Shown: positions 18,419 to 27,299, counted from the stretch's first letter. The stretch is 64,000 bases of DNA from an uncultured Candidatus Poseidoniales archaeon (GCA_902560445.1 CACELO010000002.1:66468-130467); one strand, 5' to 3'. The notes: a model not told the origin generated them from the sequence alone. Numbers and translations are program-made.

Positions 18419-20566
18419 TCAGTCTCTCCGACTAGCCATCGCTGCACCTAGAAGAGCCAGAGCACCAAGTATTGGACCAAATCCTGGCAATACAGGCGGA
18501 GTAGCTGATGATTCTGACGAATACAGGGAAGCCCAGGTATCGTAAAACTCCATCTTGTCAATCTCCTCACCATCATAGTCGCTCCATTCAACAGACACCT
18601 CATCTCCTGGCGAGACCAGTCCGTCCCCATCGTGATCAGTGTAAGTAATCGTAACACCTTCCGCTTCTCCACCGGTTAGTGGGATGCTGAATTCGTTTGT
18701 GCAAGTACTTAGATCCGGCTGAACCATTTGGTCTTGATCCTCGTCATAAAACTCCTCACAGTCGCTGAGGAAGTGAACTTCGAAGTCGGTGATCGGAGCG
18801 TTGAGTGTCTGATTCTCCGCGACAAATCCGGTAGCGTCATTTCGCTCCATACCATCACCATCATCATCACTGTCGTCGTCATCATGGTCATGGTGCCTGT
18901 CAGCATCATCGTGAGTATGATCGGCCCCATCATCATGGTCATGATGATAGTCTCCATCTCCATGGTGGTGGTGACCTGCATCTTCTTCTGTTTCATGATG
19001 GTCGCCATCATCACTGTCGTCGTCATCACTGTCGTCGTCATCAGATAACATGTCCACAATGCCATCGATGAAGCACTGCATCTCGTCGATGTCGATTAGG
19101 TCGCTTCCATCGTAGTCGCAATCTTCGAACAGGATTGAGACCTCGTCGTAATCCAGTTCGGGGTTTGTTGCATTGGAATCCCAGGAATCCTGGAACTCTT
19201 GGAAACTCATGTATCCATCGTCATTTGCATCTACAGATTCCATAGCCTCTTCTGGAGTAGTGGAGCCATCGCCATCATCCTCTGAACCTGACCACTCGTC
19301 TCCGTCCGCAGAGTGCTCGAATTCCTCGCTCTGTCCGAAGTCGTCAGTGCAGTGCCAGTCTGAGTCATGGTATTCACAGTAATACCACCAATTTTCCCAG
19401 TCCTCATCATCCTGAGATATCTTGCACCACCAACGAGAATCCTCTCCTGCATCAGTAGCATCAGAGTAACCCTCCCATTCGCAGTAGCCGTCATGATAAC
19501 TGTCCCAACTGATATGATTGCCATCATCATGGTGGCCGTCGTCATCGTACTCATCGGAACCGTCCTCGCAATTTTCATAGCCGTCATTCACCCAATCCCA
19601 AGGAATCCAAGTATTCCCACCATCGCATGGGAACATCTCTTCTGAGTCGTCATCACCGTGGTCATCGTGGTCGTTGACATCGTTGAATATCTCAGAATCA
19701 AACCAAACTGGAATCGAGGTTCTTGGAAGTGTGTCATCCACCTCGATGACTATTGCATCTCCCCACATCACCTCATACGTTAGTGATGAGGTCGCAGAGC
19801 CGTTGTCGCTTTCTATGCTCATGGACATAAGGTCTTGATTCTGATCTATGTGAATGGTCATAGTAATCTCTGCTCCACCCTCCGTATACTCCATTGTCAT
19901 TGTCTGGGTTTCCATATCATCACTCATAGTGATTGTAATGACTGCGTCTTCTGGTAAGTCACCATCATCATCATCATCATCCCCATCATCATCACCTCCA
20001 TCATTGAAGAGTCCGGCCTGTTCTGCGATTACCTCCAAAACATTGGGGGTTGCATCTCGAGTTTGATAGGAGCCGGTTGTTGCCTCTCCTTGAACCATCA
20101 TTCCGCCCACCAACAGGTGGACATTGACAACCTCGCCGACCTGCACATGAGTATATTCCATTTGCAATAACCCTGCAATTGAAATTGAGTTGTGAACATA
20201 GACTGAGTCATTGTCAAGATCCGCCATTACAATGTCCTCTATCTCGACATCCATCTGCATCCCCAAATCTTGGTTCCACTCGCTCGATGAAATCGACTGA
20301 GAGTATCCTGCCTTCGGACTCTCTTCTAGCATATCTTCGATACTTCCCATATCAGTCATGGCCTCGATGAAAGTCTCCGTGGTGGCTATGTAAATACAGT
20401 CTCCAACTAACTCGGCCGTGGCGTTTTCTTCGTAATTGGCTGCATTCTCGTCCATACATCCTAAGACATCGTCAACAAGTTCTTCCAAATCTTCACCAGA
20501 AAGGCAACCTGCCATTGGAGTAGCTATCAAAATTAGGCTAGCGAGTAAGGCATACGCGCGATTCAT
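18419..20566 (-). CDS. Highly acidic secreted protein with His/Asp-rich low-complexity tracts, an EF-hand-like Ca-binding loop pair and a canonical PGF-CTERM archaeosortase sorting signal
   Basis: Signal peptide MNRAYALLASLILIATPMAGCLSGE. DANDDGYMSFQEFQ (DxNxDGxMxxxE) and DYDGSDLIDIDE loops. HHETEEDAGHHHHGDGDYHHDHDDGADHTHDDADRHHDHDDDD tract. C-terminal PPVLPGFGPILGALALLGAAMASRRD. Confidence 0.7.
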   Translation of the reverse strand: MNRAYALLASLILIATPMAGCLSGEDLEELVDDVLGCMDENAANYEENATAELVGDCIYIATTETFIEAMTDMGSIEDMLEESPKAGYSQSISSSEWNQDLGMQMDVEIEDIVMADLDNDSVYVHNSISIAGLLQMEYTHVQVGEVVNVHLLVGGMMVQGEATTGSYQTRDATPNVLEVIAEQAGLFNDGGDDDGDDDDDDGDLPEDAVITITMSDDMETQTMTMEYTEGGAEITMTIHIDQNQDLMSMSIESDNGSATSSLTYEVMWGDAIVIEVDDTLPRTSIPVWFDSEIFNDVNDHDDHGDDDSEEMFPCDGGNTWIPWDWVNDGYENCEDGSDEYDDDGHHDDGNHISWDSYHDGYCEWEGYSDATDAGEDSRWWCKISQDDEDWENWWYYCEYHDSDWHCTDDFGQSEEFEHSADGDEWSGSEDDGDGSTTPEEAMESVDANDDGYMSFQEFQDSWDSNATNPELDYDEVSILFEDCDYDGSDLIDIDEMQCFIDGIVDMLSDDDDSDDDDSDDGDHHETEEDAGHHHHGDGDYHHDHDDGADHTHDDADRHHDHDDDDSDDDGDGMERNDATGFVAENQTLNAPITDFEVHFLSDCEEFYDEDQDQMVQPDLSTCTNEFSIPLTGGEAEGVTITYTDHDGDGLVSPGDEVSVEWSDYDGEEIDKMEFYDTWASLYSSESSATPPVLPGFGPILGALALLGAAMASRRD

Positions 20567-20624
20567 TGAACGATTGCAGGAAAACCCCCCTTATCAACAC
20601 AATGTCGGCGTATTAGATGAAAAA

Positions 20625-20709
20625 TGGTGCAGGGGACAGGATTTGAACCTGCGAAGCACTACGCACTGGGACCTAAACCCAGCCCCTTTGACCGCTCGGG
20701 AACCCCTGC
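20625..20709 (-). tRNA. tRNA-Leu (anticodon UAG), long variable arm, genomically encoded CCA
   Basis: Reverse complement reads GCAGGGG-TT-CCCGAGCGGTCAAAGGGG-CTGGG-TTTAGGT-CCCAG-variable arm-GCAGGTTCAAATCCTGT-CCCCTGC-A-CCA. 7-bp acceptor stem, 5-bp anticodon stem with loop UU-UAG-GU, T-loop TTCAAAT. Confidence 0.85.
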
Positions 20710-20807
20710 TTAACATCCGGCCGTAAACTCAAGGTCAAGAATCCAACGGTAGCCAGTTCTTACCCCAAAGAGGTGATAACGGGAGCATTGGGCGATGCGA
20801 TTCAGGG

Positions 20808-21824
20808 GTGCACATGTCACGCATAGGTGTTCTTGGACTGGGCAATTGGGGTACTGCACTAGCAAAGGTCTGGTGTGAAGACGGGCACAATGTGATGGGT
20901 TGGACAATCGAAGCAGAAGTATACGAGTCCTTGATGACCAGCAATATCAACGAAAAGTACCTACCAGGACACGAGATTCAGAGTCTAGACTCCACCATGG
21001 AATTGTCCGATGTTACAGATACTTGCGAGATTCTTGTCTTAGCACTACCCAGTGGTGTAATTCTCTCAGTTGTTAATGAACTGATTCCTTTACTTCGCCC
21101 TTCTCATGTTTTGATTGATCTGGCGAAAGGATTAGCTCCAACATCGGAGAGTGAATCTGGTATGATTTCTCGTGAGATTGAAGACCGACTTTCCGCTGCA
21201 GGTAAATCCAATCCTGTGGTTGTACTAACTGGCCCTACAATCGCTCCCGAAGTAGCTCGAGGAGTAATGACGACTGCCCTAGTTGCCTGCCATGATAGAT
21301 CGGTTGCCGATAGAATCGCAGAGCGACTTTCGACTGAATCACTGGTTCTTACCGCAACGAATGATGTTGAAGGTGCAGAATTATGGGGCGCTTACAAGAA
21401 CACGGTTGCCCTTGCTTGTGGTTTAGTCGATGGTCTAAGAGACGGAATAGGCGGTGACAATCTCAAAGCAGCCCTGGTTCTCGCAGGATTCTCAGAAGGG
21501 ATTACTCTGCTAGACGCAATGGGTGCAAATTCCGGAACAGCATTTGGACCCGCTGGAATCGGAGACTTGTACGTGACTGCAACTAGTCCACGCTCAAGAA
21601 ACCGAACGCTAGGAGAAAAACTTGGTTCTGGAAAATCTCTCGAACAGGCTCTCGCAGAGATGCATATGGTGGCTGAAGGAGTTAGAGCGACTAGGATGTT
21701 CCTTAACCGAGCAGAGAGATTAGAAATTGAGGTACCTTTCCTTTCAGCCTTGGGTAACCTCCTTGATGGAGAGGAAGAAGTTTCAACTGCTGTTCGACGA
21801 ATGGTCGAAGCTTATGGTGTATAA
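20808..21824 (+). CDS. gpsA: NAD(P)H-dependent glycerol-3-phosphate dehydrogenase (bacterial-type GpsA). Probable true start is the ATG at 20814.
   Basis: MSRIGVLGLGNWGTALAKVW Rossmann N-terminus, NEKYLPG motif, overall GpsA length. Confidence 0.85.
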   Translation: MHMSRIGVLGLGNWGTALAKVWCEDGHNVMGWTIEAEVYESLMTSNINEKYLPGHEIQSLDSTMELSDVTDTCEILVLALPSGVILSVVNELIPLLRPSHVLIDLAKGLAPTSESESGMISREIEDRLSAAGKSNPVVVLTGPTIAPEVARGVMTTALVACHDRSVADRIAERLSTESLVLTATNDVEGAELWGAYKNTVALACGLVDGLRDGIGGDNLKAALVLAGFSEGITLLDAMGANSGTAFGPAGIGDLYVTATSPRSRNRTLGEKLGSGKSLEQALAEMHMVAEGVRATRMFLNRAERLEIEVPFLSALGNLLDGEEEVSTAVRRMVEAYGV

Positions 21825-21833
21825 TTTCCAAGT

Positions 21834-22721
21834 TCAATTTCGAGTCCAAGATGGAATGAATACATCTCTCCAATTCGGAGTTGCAAGATATTCTTCCTCG
21901 GTAAAGAATGACCTTGCATAAATCGAAATAAAGTCGATAATTAGAACAACAATGTAGATAATAATCAGGTATGCAAATACCTTGTCATATTGTAAAAATC
22001 TAAGATACAGATCGATGTAATATCCAATTCCTCCTGCACCGACAATGCCGATTACAGTACCAGAACGGAAATTATATTCAAACATGAATATCGAGTGAGA
22101 AATTAGATCATTTGCGGCTTCAGGAATAACTACGTTAACTGCTACTTCCCAACGACTCAAGCCTATTGCATTCGCCGCATCCAAAGGAGTTTTTGTCAGA
22201 CCCTCAATTGATTCATACTGTAATTTTCCAAGATATCCCACTGTGTAAATTGTCATTGCCAGAACGCCAGCTAATGGACCTAAGCCGACTAGAATAACCA
22301 AGAAAATAGCCCAAATCAATGCTGGAAGACTCCTACATGCTGAGATAAGAAAGCGGGTAGGGTAAGATATCCATCGCGGGCTTAAATTTCTTGAAGCCAT
22401 GATTGACAAAGGTAATGTTACAACCATACCAAATACAGTTGCAACAAACGCAATCTTTAGCGTCTCAATAACTCCCTTCCAAGCGGTTGAGCAAGTGAAA
22501 TCGAAAATTGGTTGGGCAGTACAAACAGGATATGTTTGAGGCTCTAGAACGCTCATATCTGGTGGCCAAAGAGACTGAAAGAAGAATCTGACAAGATTAT
22601 CTGGGCCACCTGCTAATCTACCCCAGTCGCCAACCATTCCGTTTAGAATTACAATTGCAAGCAAAAGGAGAATCCATAGCACCAGAGCCATCTTTTCGCC
22701 ATCTACTGCTATCTTCTTCAT
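21834..22721 (-). CDS. ABC transporter permease, PhnE-like (phosphonate/phosphite-type family)
   Basis: 6 TM helices. EAA-loop LDAANAIGLSRWEVAVNVVIPEA. Confidence 0.75.
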   Translation of the reverse strand: MKKIAVDGEKMALVLWILLLLAIVILNGMVGDWGRLAGGPDNLVRFFFQSLWPPDMSVLEPQTYPVCTAQPIFDFTCSTAWKGVIETLKIAFVATVFGMVVTLPLSIMASRNLSPRWISYPTRFLISACRSLPALIWAIFLVILVGLGPLAGVLAMTIYTVGYLGKLQYESIEGLTKTPLDAANAIGLSRWEVAVNVVIPEAANDLISHSIFMFEYNFRSGTVIGIVGAGGIGYYIDLYLRFLQYDKVFAYLIIIYIVVLIIDFISIYARSFFTEEEYLATPNWRDVFIPSWTRN

Positions 22722-23428
22722 GAATTCAACACCACAGCTTTTGGTTTGGTAATGAATGGATTCACTCTTCCATCATCAATAACTAGGAGGCGATTTGCCA
22801 TTGACTTGGCTCTAGAAATATCATGCTCGACAACGATTAATGCTGAATTATTATCTTTCACGTAGCTTGTCACGCTTTCCAAAACCATAGCCAATGTTTC
22901 TTCGTCTAATTCACTCAAAAATTCATCTGCTAGAATTAATCTTGGTCGCTGAGCCAATGTTCTGGCCGTTGCGACTCTTCTCTGTTGGCCACCGGACAAC
23001 CTCCTAATTGGTTCTCTTGACTTTTCCTTAAGCCCCATTTGTTGAATTGCATTGGTAACTCGTTCCTTTCTTTCCTTCCTATCATTAGTTCCAGCTCGAG
23101 CACCCAACATTACATTGTGCCTAACACTTGCATGACGAACTAAACCCAATTTTTGTGGAATATACCCTAGTGCGCCACGGAGAGGTTTCGACGGAATTTC
23201 TGCACCACACACTGTGATCGAACCGGAAATTGGACGTATTAGTCCCGCAATTGTACCAAGTAAAGTTGACTTCCCGATACCAGAAGGGCCCGCTATGGCC
23301 ACTATTTCACCAGGGAATATTTCGAGATTGGGAATACTGACTAAGGGTGATTCAGTTTCATATCCGATTACTATATCTTCGAGGGAGACAATCGGATTTT
23401 CTGAACCCATACCCTCGGACAACTCCAA
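22718..23428 (-). CDS. ABC transporter ATP-binding protein, PhnC-like. The ORF starts on a TTG at 23428; the ATG at about 23410 (MGSENPIV...) is the likelier start.
   Basis: Walker A GPSGIGKSTLL, signature LSGGQQRRVATARTL, Walker B LILADEFLSELD. Overlaps the permease gene by 4 nt. Confidence 0.8.
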   Translation of the reverse strand: MELSEGMGSENPIVSLEDIVIGYETESPLVSIPNLEIFPGEIVAIAGPSGIGKSTLLGTIAGLIRPISGSITVCGAEIPSKPLRGALGYIPQKLGLVRHASVRHNVMLGARAGTNDRKERKERVTNAIQQMGLKEKSREPIRRLSGGQQRRVATARTLAQRPRLILADEFLSELDEETLAMVLESVTSYVKDNNSALIVVEHDISRAKSMANRLLVIDDGRVNPFITKPKAVVLNS

Positions 23429-23441
23429 AGCCCCCTTGTAA

Positions 23442-23457
23442 TTTAGGCGGCCCTAAA
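23442..23457. promoter_or_regulatory. 16-bp palindromic candidate operator TTTAGGCGGCCCTAAA upstream of the PhnC-like/PhnE-like ABC genes
   Basis: Perfect TTTAGG-N4-CCTAAA palindrome. Sits 30-45 nt upstream of the probable ATG, next to an AT-rich CCAATATATGG element. One of four copies in the window. Confidence 0.55.
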
Positions 23458-23514
23458 CCAATATATGGTATTGATGGGTTTAGTGATAACAAAATATCTT
23501 ACGAATCAGATAAC

Positions 23515-25611
23515 TTATATCGATTCTTGCAAGAATGAATAGGCTCCGGGTACAACACTTACCACCTCAGATAGCAAGCCAAGATGTTCTTGTGAATTTG
23601 TTCTAACAATCCCTGTACCATCGAGTATATTGTTTAGAATTTCATCACCACAGATTTCCCTATTATTATCTGAATTTACCTTGTGTGTAGAAATATCGTA
23701 ACAACCAGTATATGTTCCAAATCCGGGTCTAGAATAATTCTCTAGATACATCTGATAATTCAAAGTAACTAAGGCGTTGAGAATAGCGGCTCTACTTCTA
23801 GAATCAAGAGTCGAAGGGTTGTACATTACAGATTCACTTGGAGACACACCGACTTGACCCAAAGATAGGTACTGGTCAATTTCCATGCACCAATCTTGAT
23901 TTTCTTGTTCTTCTTGATTACAATTTTCTTCTAGTGCATCTTCTCCGACGAATGCTATTTCACTTACATTTTCGGATAGGCAGCTAATCGCACCTACCTC
24001 TCCCGCAGGGGTGCTTGAAGATGAAAGAAGAGATGATTGATTTCCAAAATAGCCGCGTATTGTTTCGATAATCTCGACATTTTCTTGATTAGGCGAATAA
24101 TACTCATTTTCAATTAGATAATGAATAGGAAGAATTGTGTGAATTGGAGATTGAGAACCGGTGAAGCAAGACACTCTTCCCTGCATCATTGCAAATGGAT
24201 CGGTGCTAGATTCATTGTCTGAACTTGCGGTAGCCAATTCTCCTAAATTTGAGACTAAGGCCATAGAATACCGCTGAGTCAATTGATCTTTGTTTTGTAT
24301 GGCTCCTAGAACTGATAGATTATGTAATTTCCATCCAATTAACGAAGAAGATGAAGGAAGAAATCCAATATGAGCCTCGCCTGTTTCAATTGATTCAATC
24401 ATTTCTGATTGAGAATTAACATAGTGAATTGAAACATTAATTCCTAATTCTATGGATAAAAATTCGGCTAAATGAATCGGGTCACTATTGGTTTCTAATT
24501 TTGATTCATCTAGTTCAAATGCAACAATTAATTCTTCTATTGTTATTGTTATTGATTGACTTCCATTGTCGGTATAATAAGCTGAAATCCCAGGGATATT
24601 CGAAACCAGAGGCGTGTATATACCAAGATGAGATTCAGAATCTGTAGAAACTACACCCTTTGTCCCTAGTGTGTTGTAGAGAATTTCGCTGTAATCCTCG
24701 TTTGAACTAAAGTCAATTAGAAAATCCGTAAGTTCACTGATTACTAAATCATCATCAAAATTAGAATGAGTCATGAAAACATCACTGGGGGTCTTAGCGA
24801 ATGGTTCGAGAGAAACATATCTCGAGGCATCCAAACACCATTCTTCGACATTATTTCCATTTTCTGTGGTGCAGTATTGAGAGGCCGTGTTATCCTTCGC
24901 AAATGCAACCTCACCGGAACCATCTGAAAGACATCTTAGAGCCCCTGAAAATCCATAGTACTGTGTGCCAGGTTCCGGAATTGATGAGTTTTCGTTAAAG
25001 AATTGAAAAATTGTATTTCTTAGAGATTCGATATCATTTGGATCGCCAATTACATTTGCATACCCCAATCCAAGGAAGAATCCCATTGGAACCATCATTC
25101 CTGTTGAGTGTAACCAACCCGTATGGCAGGAAGTTTTGCCTTGCATCAGTGAGAATGGATTTGTTAGCGGATCATCGTCAAAATATGCTTCTGCGATATC
25201 GCTATCGTCGAGAACCCAAGCGAGAGAATTGTAGTATGTCCTGCCGTCTGATTTTTGGTCCGCTGCAAAAGCCTGCAAACCGTATTGATTCCACCCAATC
25301 CAAGCAGCACCGCTATCCATTAGAGCGATGTCGGCATTTCCAAACCTTAGTGCCTCGAGTATCGCTGCTTCTGAATCAACGGCATATATTGTAAAATCAA
25401 ATCTACTGTTTTGGGTAAGAATTTCTGCCAGCATCTCAGGATTAGTTTCTGACTCAAGCATACCTTCGGACACTTCGAATGCCAGAACAATGGGAGTTCT
25501 TGTTTGATTATTTGATTCTTCAGAATCACTCAAGCAACCAGAGAGAGTGCTAGAAAGCAGGATAATGGTATAACAAATGACCAGTATTTTGTAATGTCTT
25601 TTTGTCGGCAT
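23515..25611 (-). CDS. Bilobal transferrin-family substrate-binding lipoprotein (N-lobe near-canonical, C-lobe degenerate); first gene of an SBP-ATPase-permease operon
   Basis: Signal/lipobox LLSSTLSGCLSD. N-lobe: GNADIALMDSGAAW, RTYYNSLAWVLDDS, QGKTSCHTGWLHSTGMMVPMGFFLG, TQYYGFSGALRCLSDGSGEVAFAKD, EEWCLDAS...FAKTPSDVF. C-lobe repeats the same order of blocks (QGRVSCFTGS..., GEVGAISCLSENVSEIAFVGED, DWCMEIDQ) with the ligand residues lost. Confidence 0.75.
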   Translation of the reverse strand: MPTKRHYKILVICYTIILLSSTLSGCLSDSEESNNQTRTPIVLAFEVSEGMLESETNPEMLAEILTQNSRFDFTIYAVDSEAAILEALRFGNADIALMDSGAAWIGWNQYGLQAFAADQKSDGRTYYNSLAWVLDDSDIAEAYFDDDPLTNPFSLMQGKTSCHTGWLHSTGMMVPMGFFLGLGYANVIGDPNDIESLRNTIFQFFNENSSIPEPGTQYYGFSGALRCLSDGSGEVAFAKDNTASQYCTTENGNNVEEWCLDASRYVSLEPFAKTPSDVFMTHSNFDDDLVISELTDFLIDFSSNEDYSEILYNTLGTKGVVSTDSESHLGIYTPLVSNIPGISAYYTDNGSQSITITIEELIVAFELDESKLETNSDPIHLAEFLSIELGINVSIHYVNSQSEMIESIETGEAHIGFLPSSSSLIGWKLHNLSVLGAIQNKDQLTQRYSMALVSNLGELATASSDNESSTDPFAMMQGRVSCFTGSQSPIHTILPIHYLIENEYYSPNQENVEIIETIRGYFGNQSSLLSSSSTPAGEVGAISCLSENVSEIAFVGEDALEENCNQEEQENQDWCMEIDQYLSLGQVGVSPSESVMYNPSTLDSRSRAAILNALVTLNYQMYLENYSRPGFGTYTGCYDISTHKVNSDNNREICGDEILNNILDGTGIVRTNSQEHLGLLSEVVSVVPGAYSFLQESI

Positions 25612-25908
25612 TGATCAAAACCTCTGTCTACCCGACTCTTGCTCAGGATGCTGATTTTTCAATGTTAGTCCTGAAGGAAATAACATAATTTTCAGTTTAA
25701 TCCTGGTGTTGACAGGGGAACCTGTGATGTGTACAGATGCTCCTATGTGACGCTGTTAGAGTCCCCCGTGCCAACGGGTATTGCCAATGCTATTGGCTAA
25801 GGTTGTTGACAGGGGGCCTATTGCGTTCGAATACGAAATTCGAATGTAGGTGTCAGGCGCTGATACGCCCCCTGCCAACTGTTTTGTCTTATCGACTGGT
25901 TACGTACT

Positions 25909-27144
25909 TCATTGGAGAGTTCCAATGTCTTCGGCTGTGATGCCAAATGCATCCCAGACTGGCTGTAGATAGGAGCGGATATCCGCTTCGTAATCTGCTG
26001 TTGCATCTCCATCATTCTTCAGATCGAAGATTTCGAGAATCTTGTCATTGTAGTAATTAGCATACCACCCAAATGCCTCGCACTCCTCCTCTGACATACC
26101 CTCATGCTGAGCGTGTGTCACTGAATTATAGCATCCTGTGAATTCCTCTCCACTCGGATCGTTTGGAGAAGTGTAGTTCTCCAGATACATGTATGCCTCG
26201 CAGGATGCCTGTGAGCTATCCGATGAGACCGTGTGAGATACCATGTTGTAGCAGATCGAAGTGTACTCAGCGACATATGCCTCGATTACCCTGTAGAAGG
26301 CGTGACCCTCTGCCTGGTGCTTGTCGTAGTCTGCAGTATCTCCAGCAGCTAGGTCGTCCGTCATCTTTGATGCGTACCTCACAGAAGCCTGTGAGTAGAC
26401 GATTACAATATTCTTCAGAACCTCGTCGCGTGCGTCGACTACTCCTTGCATATCTTCATTCTGAAGTGCAGTCAAGCCAGCGTTCATTGCGGCTAGAGTA
26501 GCGATGTTTGTAGCATCACCAGTCCCAAAGTTGCCCCCTCTCTTGGCAGCGGTTGCATATGGCCCACATCCATCGTAATCATGGTTGGAATCGTCAGGAC
26601 CATGGTAGAAAGCCCATCCTTCGTCCCAAGCGTGTTGAGCGTCATCGGCCCCCCAGTTTCCTGCTTCCGCCTTGATGATTGCAGCGTTGAGTTCATGGAT
26701 TGCATAAGCAGTCATCACACCATTCTGGATTCCCTTTTCGACTGCTTGATCTCTGACTGTGTCAGATTCTCCCTCGAAAGGACCTGTGCCATCAATAGCC
26801 GCAGATACGAAGTCATTCCATGAGCCGTCTGCATCATAGTATGCGTCGTAGGCGTGGTTCTTGCCGGAAGCATCTGCGAAGCCCATGAGGGTCCTGTAGG
26901 AACCGTCGGACTTCTCCGCGTGCTTTCCATCATCATAGATATCCTTCACACCGTCCCAATCGTATGCACCAGAGAGGTCCTTAATATCGCAGACATCACC
27001 CATTAACATTCGGTGATTATCAACGTTGGAAGCATACGTGTATCCTCCATCTGCGTCATCAAGATCTACATCATCTCCTGCACAACCGGCAATCGCACTG
27101 CCGATTAATACTAAAGTCATCATTAAAGTCATTGTTCTATTCAT
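25909..27144 (-). CDS. Secreted lipoprotein, Asp/Tyr/His-rich, unknown function (possibly imelysin/EfeO-like and iron-related)
   Basis: Lipobox LVLIGSAIAGCAGDD. HQAEGH (HxxE) and HAWDEGWAFYHG motifs. Two palindromic operator copies sit in its promoter region. Confidence 0.5.
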   Translation of the reverse strand: MNRTMTLMMTLVLIGSAIAGCAGDDVDLDDADGGYTYASNVDNHRMLMGDVCDIKDLSGAYDWDGVKDIYDDGKHAEKSDGSYRTLMGFADASGKNHAYDAYYDADGSWNDFVSAAIDGTGPFEGESDTVRDQAVEKGIQNGVMTAYAIHELNAAIIKAEAGNWGADDAQHAWDEGWAFYHGPDDSNHDYDGCGPYATAAKRGGNFGTGDATNIATLAAMNAGLTALQNEDMQGVVDARDEVLKNIVIVYSQASVRYASKMTDDLAAGDTADYDKHQAEGHAFYRVIEAYVAEYTSICYNMVSHTVSSDSSQASCEAYMYLENYTSPNDPSGEEFTGCYNSVTHAQHEGMSEEECEAFGWYANYYNDKILEIFDLKNDGDATADYEADIRSYLQPVWDAFGITAEDIGTLQ

Positions 27145-27146
27145 AG

Positions 27147-27162
27147 TTTAGGTCTCCCTAAA
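27147..27162. promoter_or_regulatory. Palindromic candidate operator TTTAGGTCTCCCTAAA, 3 nt upstream of the start codon of the 411-aa lipoprotein gene
   Basis: TTTAGG-N4-CCTAAA palindrome, operator-proximal copy. Confidence 0.55.
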
Positions 27163-27190
27163 CCGGCCGGATAGCGAATCGTATATGAAA

Positions 27191-27206
27191 TTTAGGGCGC
27201 CCTAAA
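27191..27206. promoter_or_regulatory. Palindromic candidate operator TTTAGGGCGCCCTAAA in the divergent promoter region (lipoprotein gene on the minus strand, GDPD-like gene on the plus strand)
   Basis: Perfect 16-bp palindrome. Separated from copy 27147..27162 by 28 nt that include TTTCATATA (TATA-like on the minus strand). Confidence 0.55.
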
Positions 27207-27299
27207 CTCTTGAATCGTGCGTGGAAAATTGTCATATAACTGATGAGCAGTCAATTGAATTGGAGACGAGGTTTTTTTACTCATTTCTATTCGTAAATA

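Noticed and set aside
18709-19645. Several 90-120-aa ORFs on both strands (18709..19065 -, 18728..19048 +, 19231..19587 -, 19367..19645 +, 19854..20066 +) inside the acidic PGF-CTERM gene
   Set aside because: They are frame shadows of the GAT/CAT/CAC codon runs of the real 715-aa gene. Their translations are Met/Thr/Val/Ile low-complexity strings with no start context.
25700-25820. Two TTGACA-containing repeats (GTTGACAGGGG) that look like bacterial -35 boxes
   Set aside because: The genome is archaeal (TATA/BRE promoters, archaeal RNAP subunit), so a sigma70 -35 reading is inappropriate. Kept only as unexplained direct repeats.
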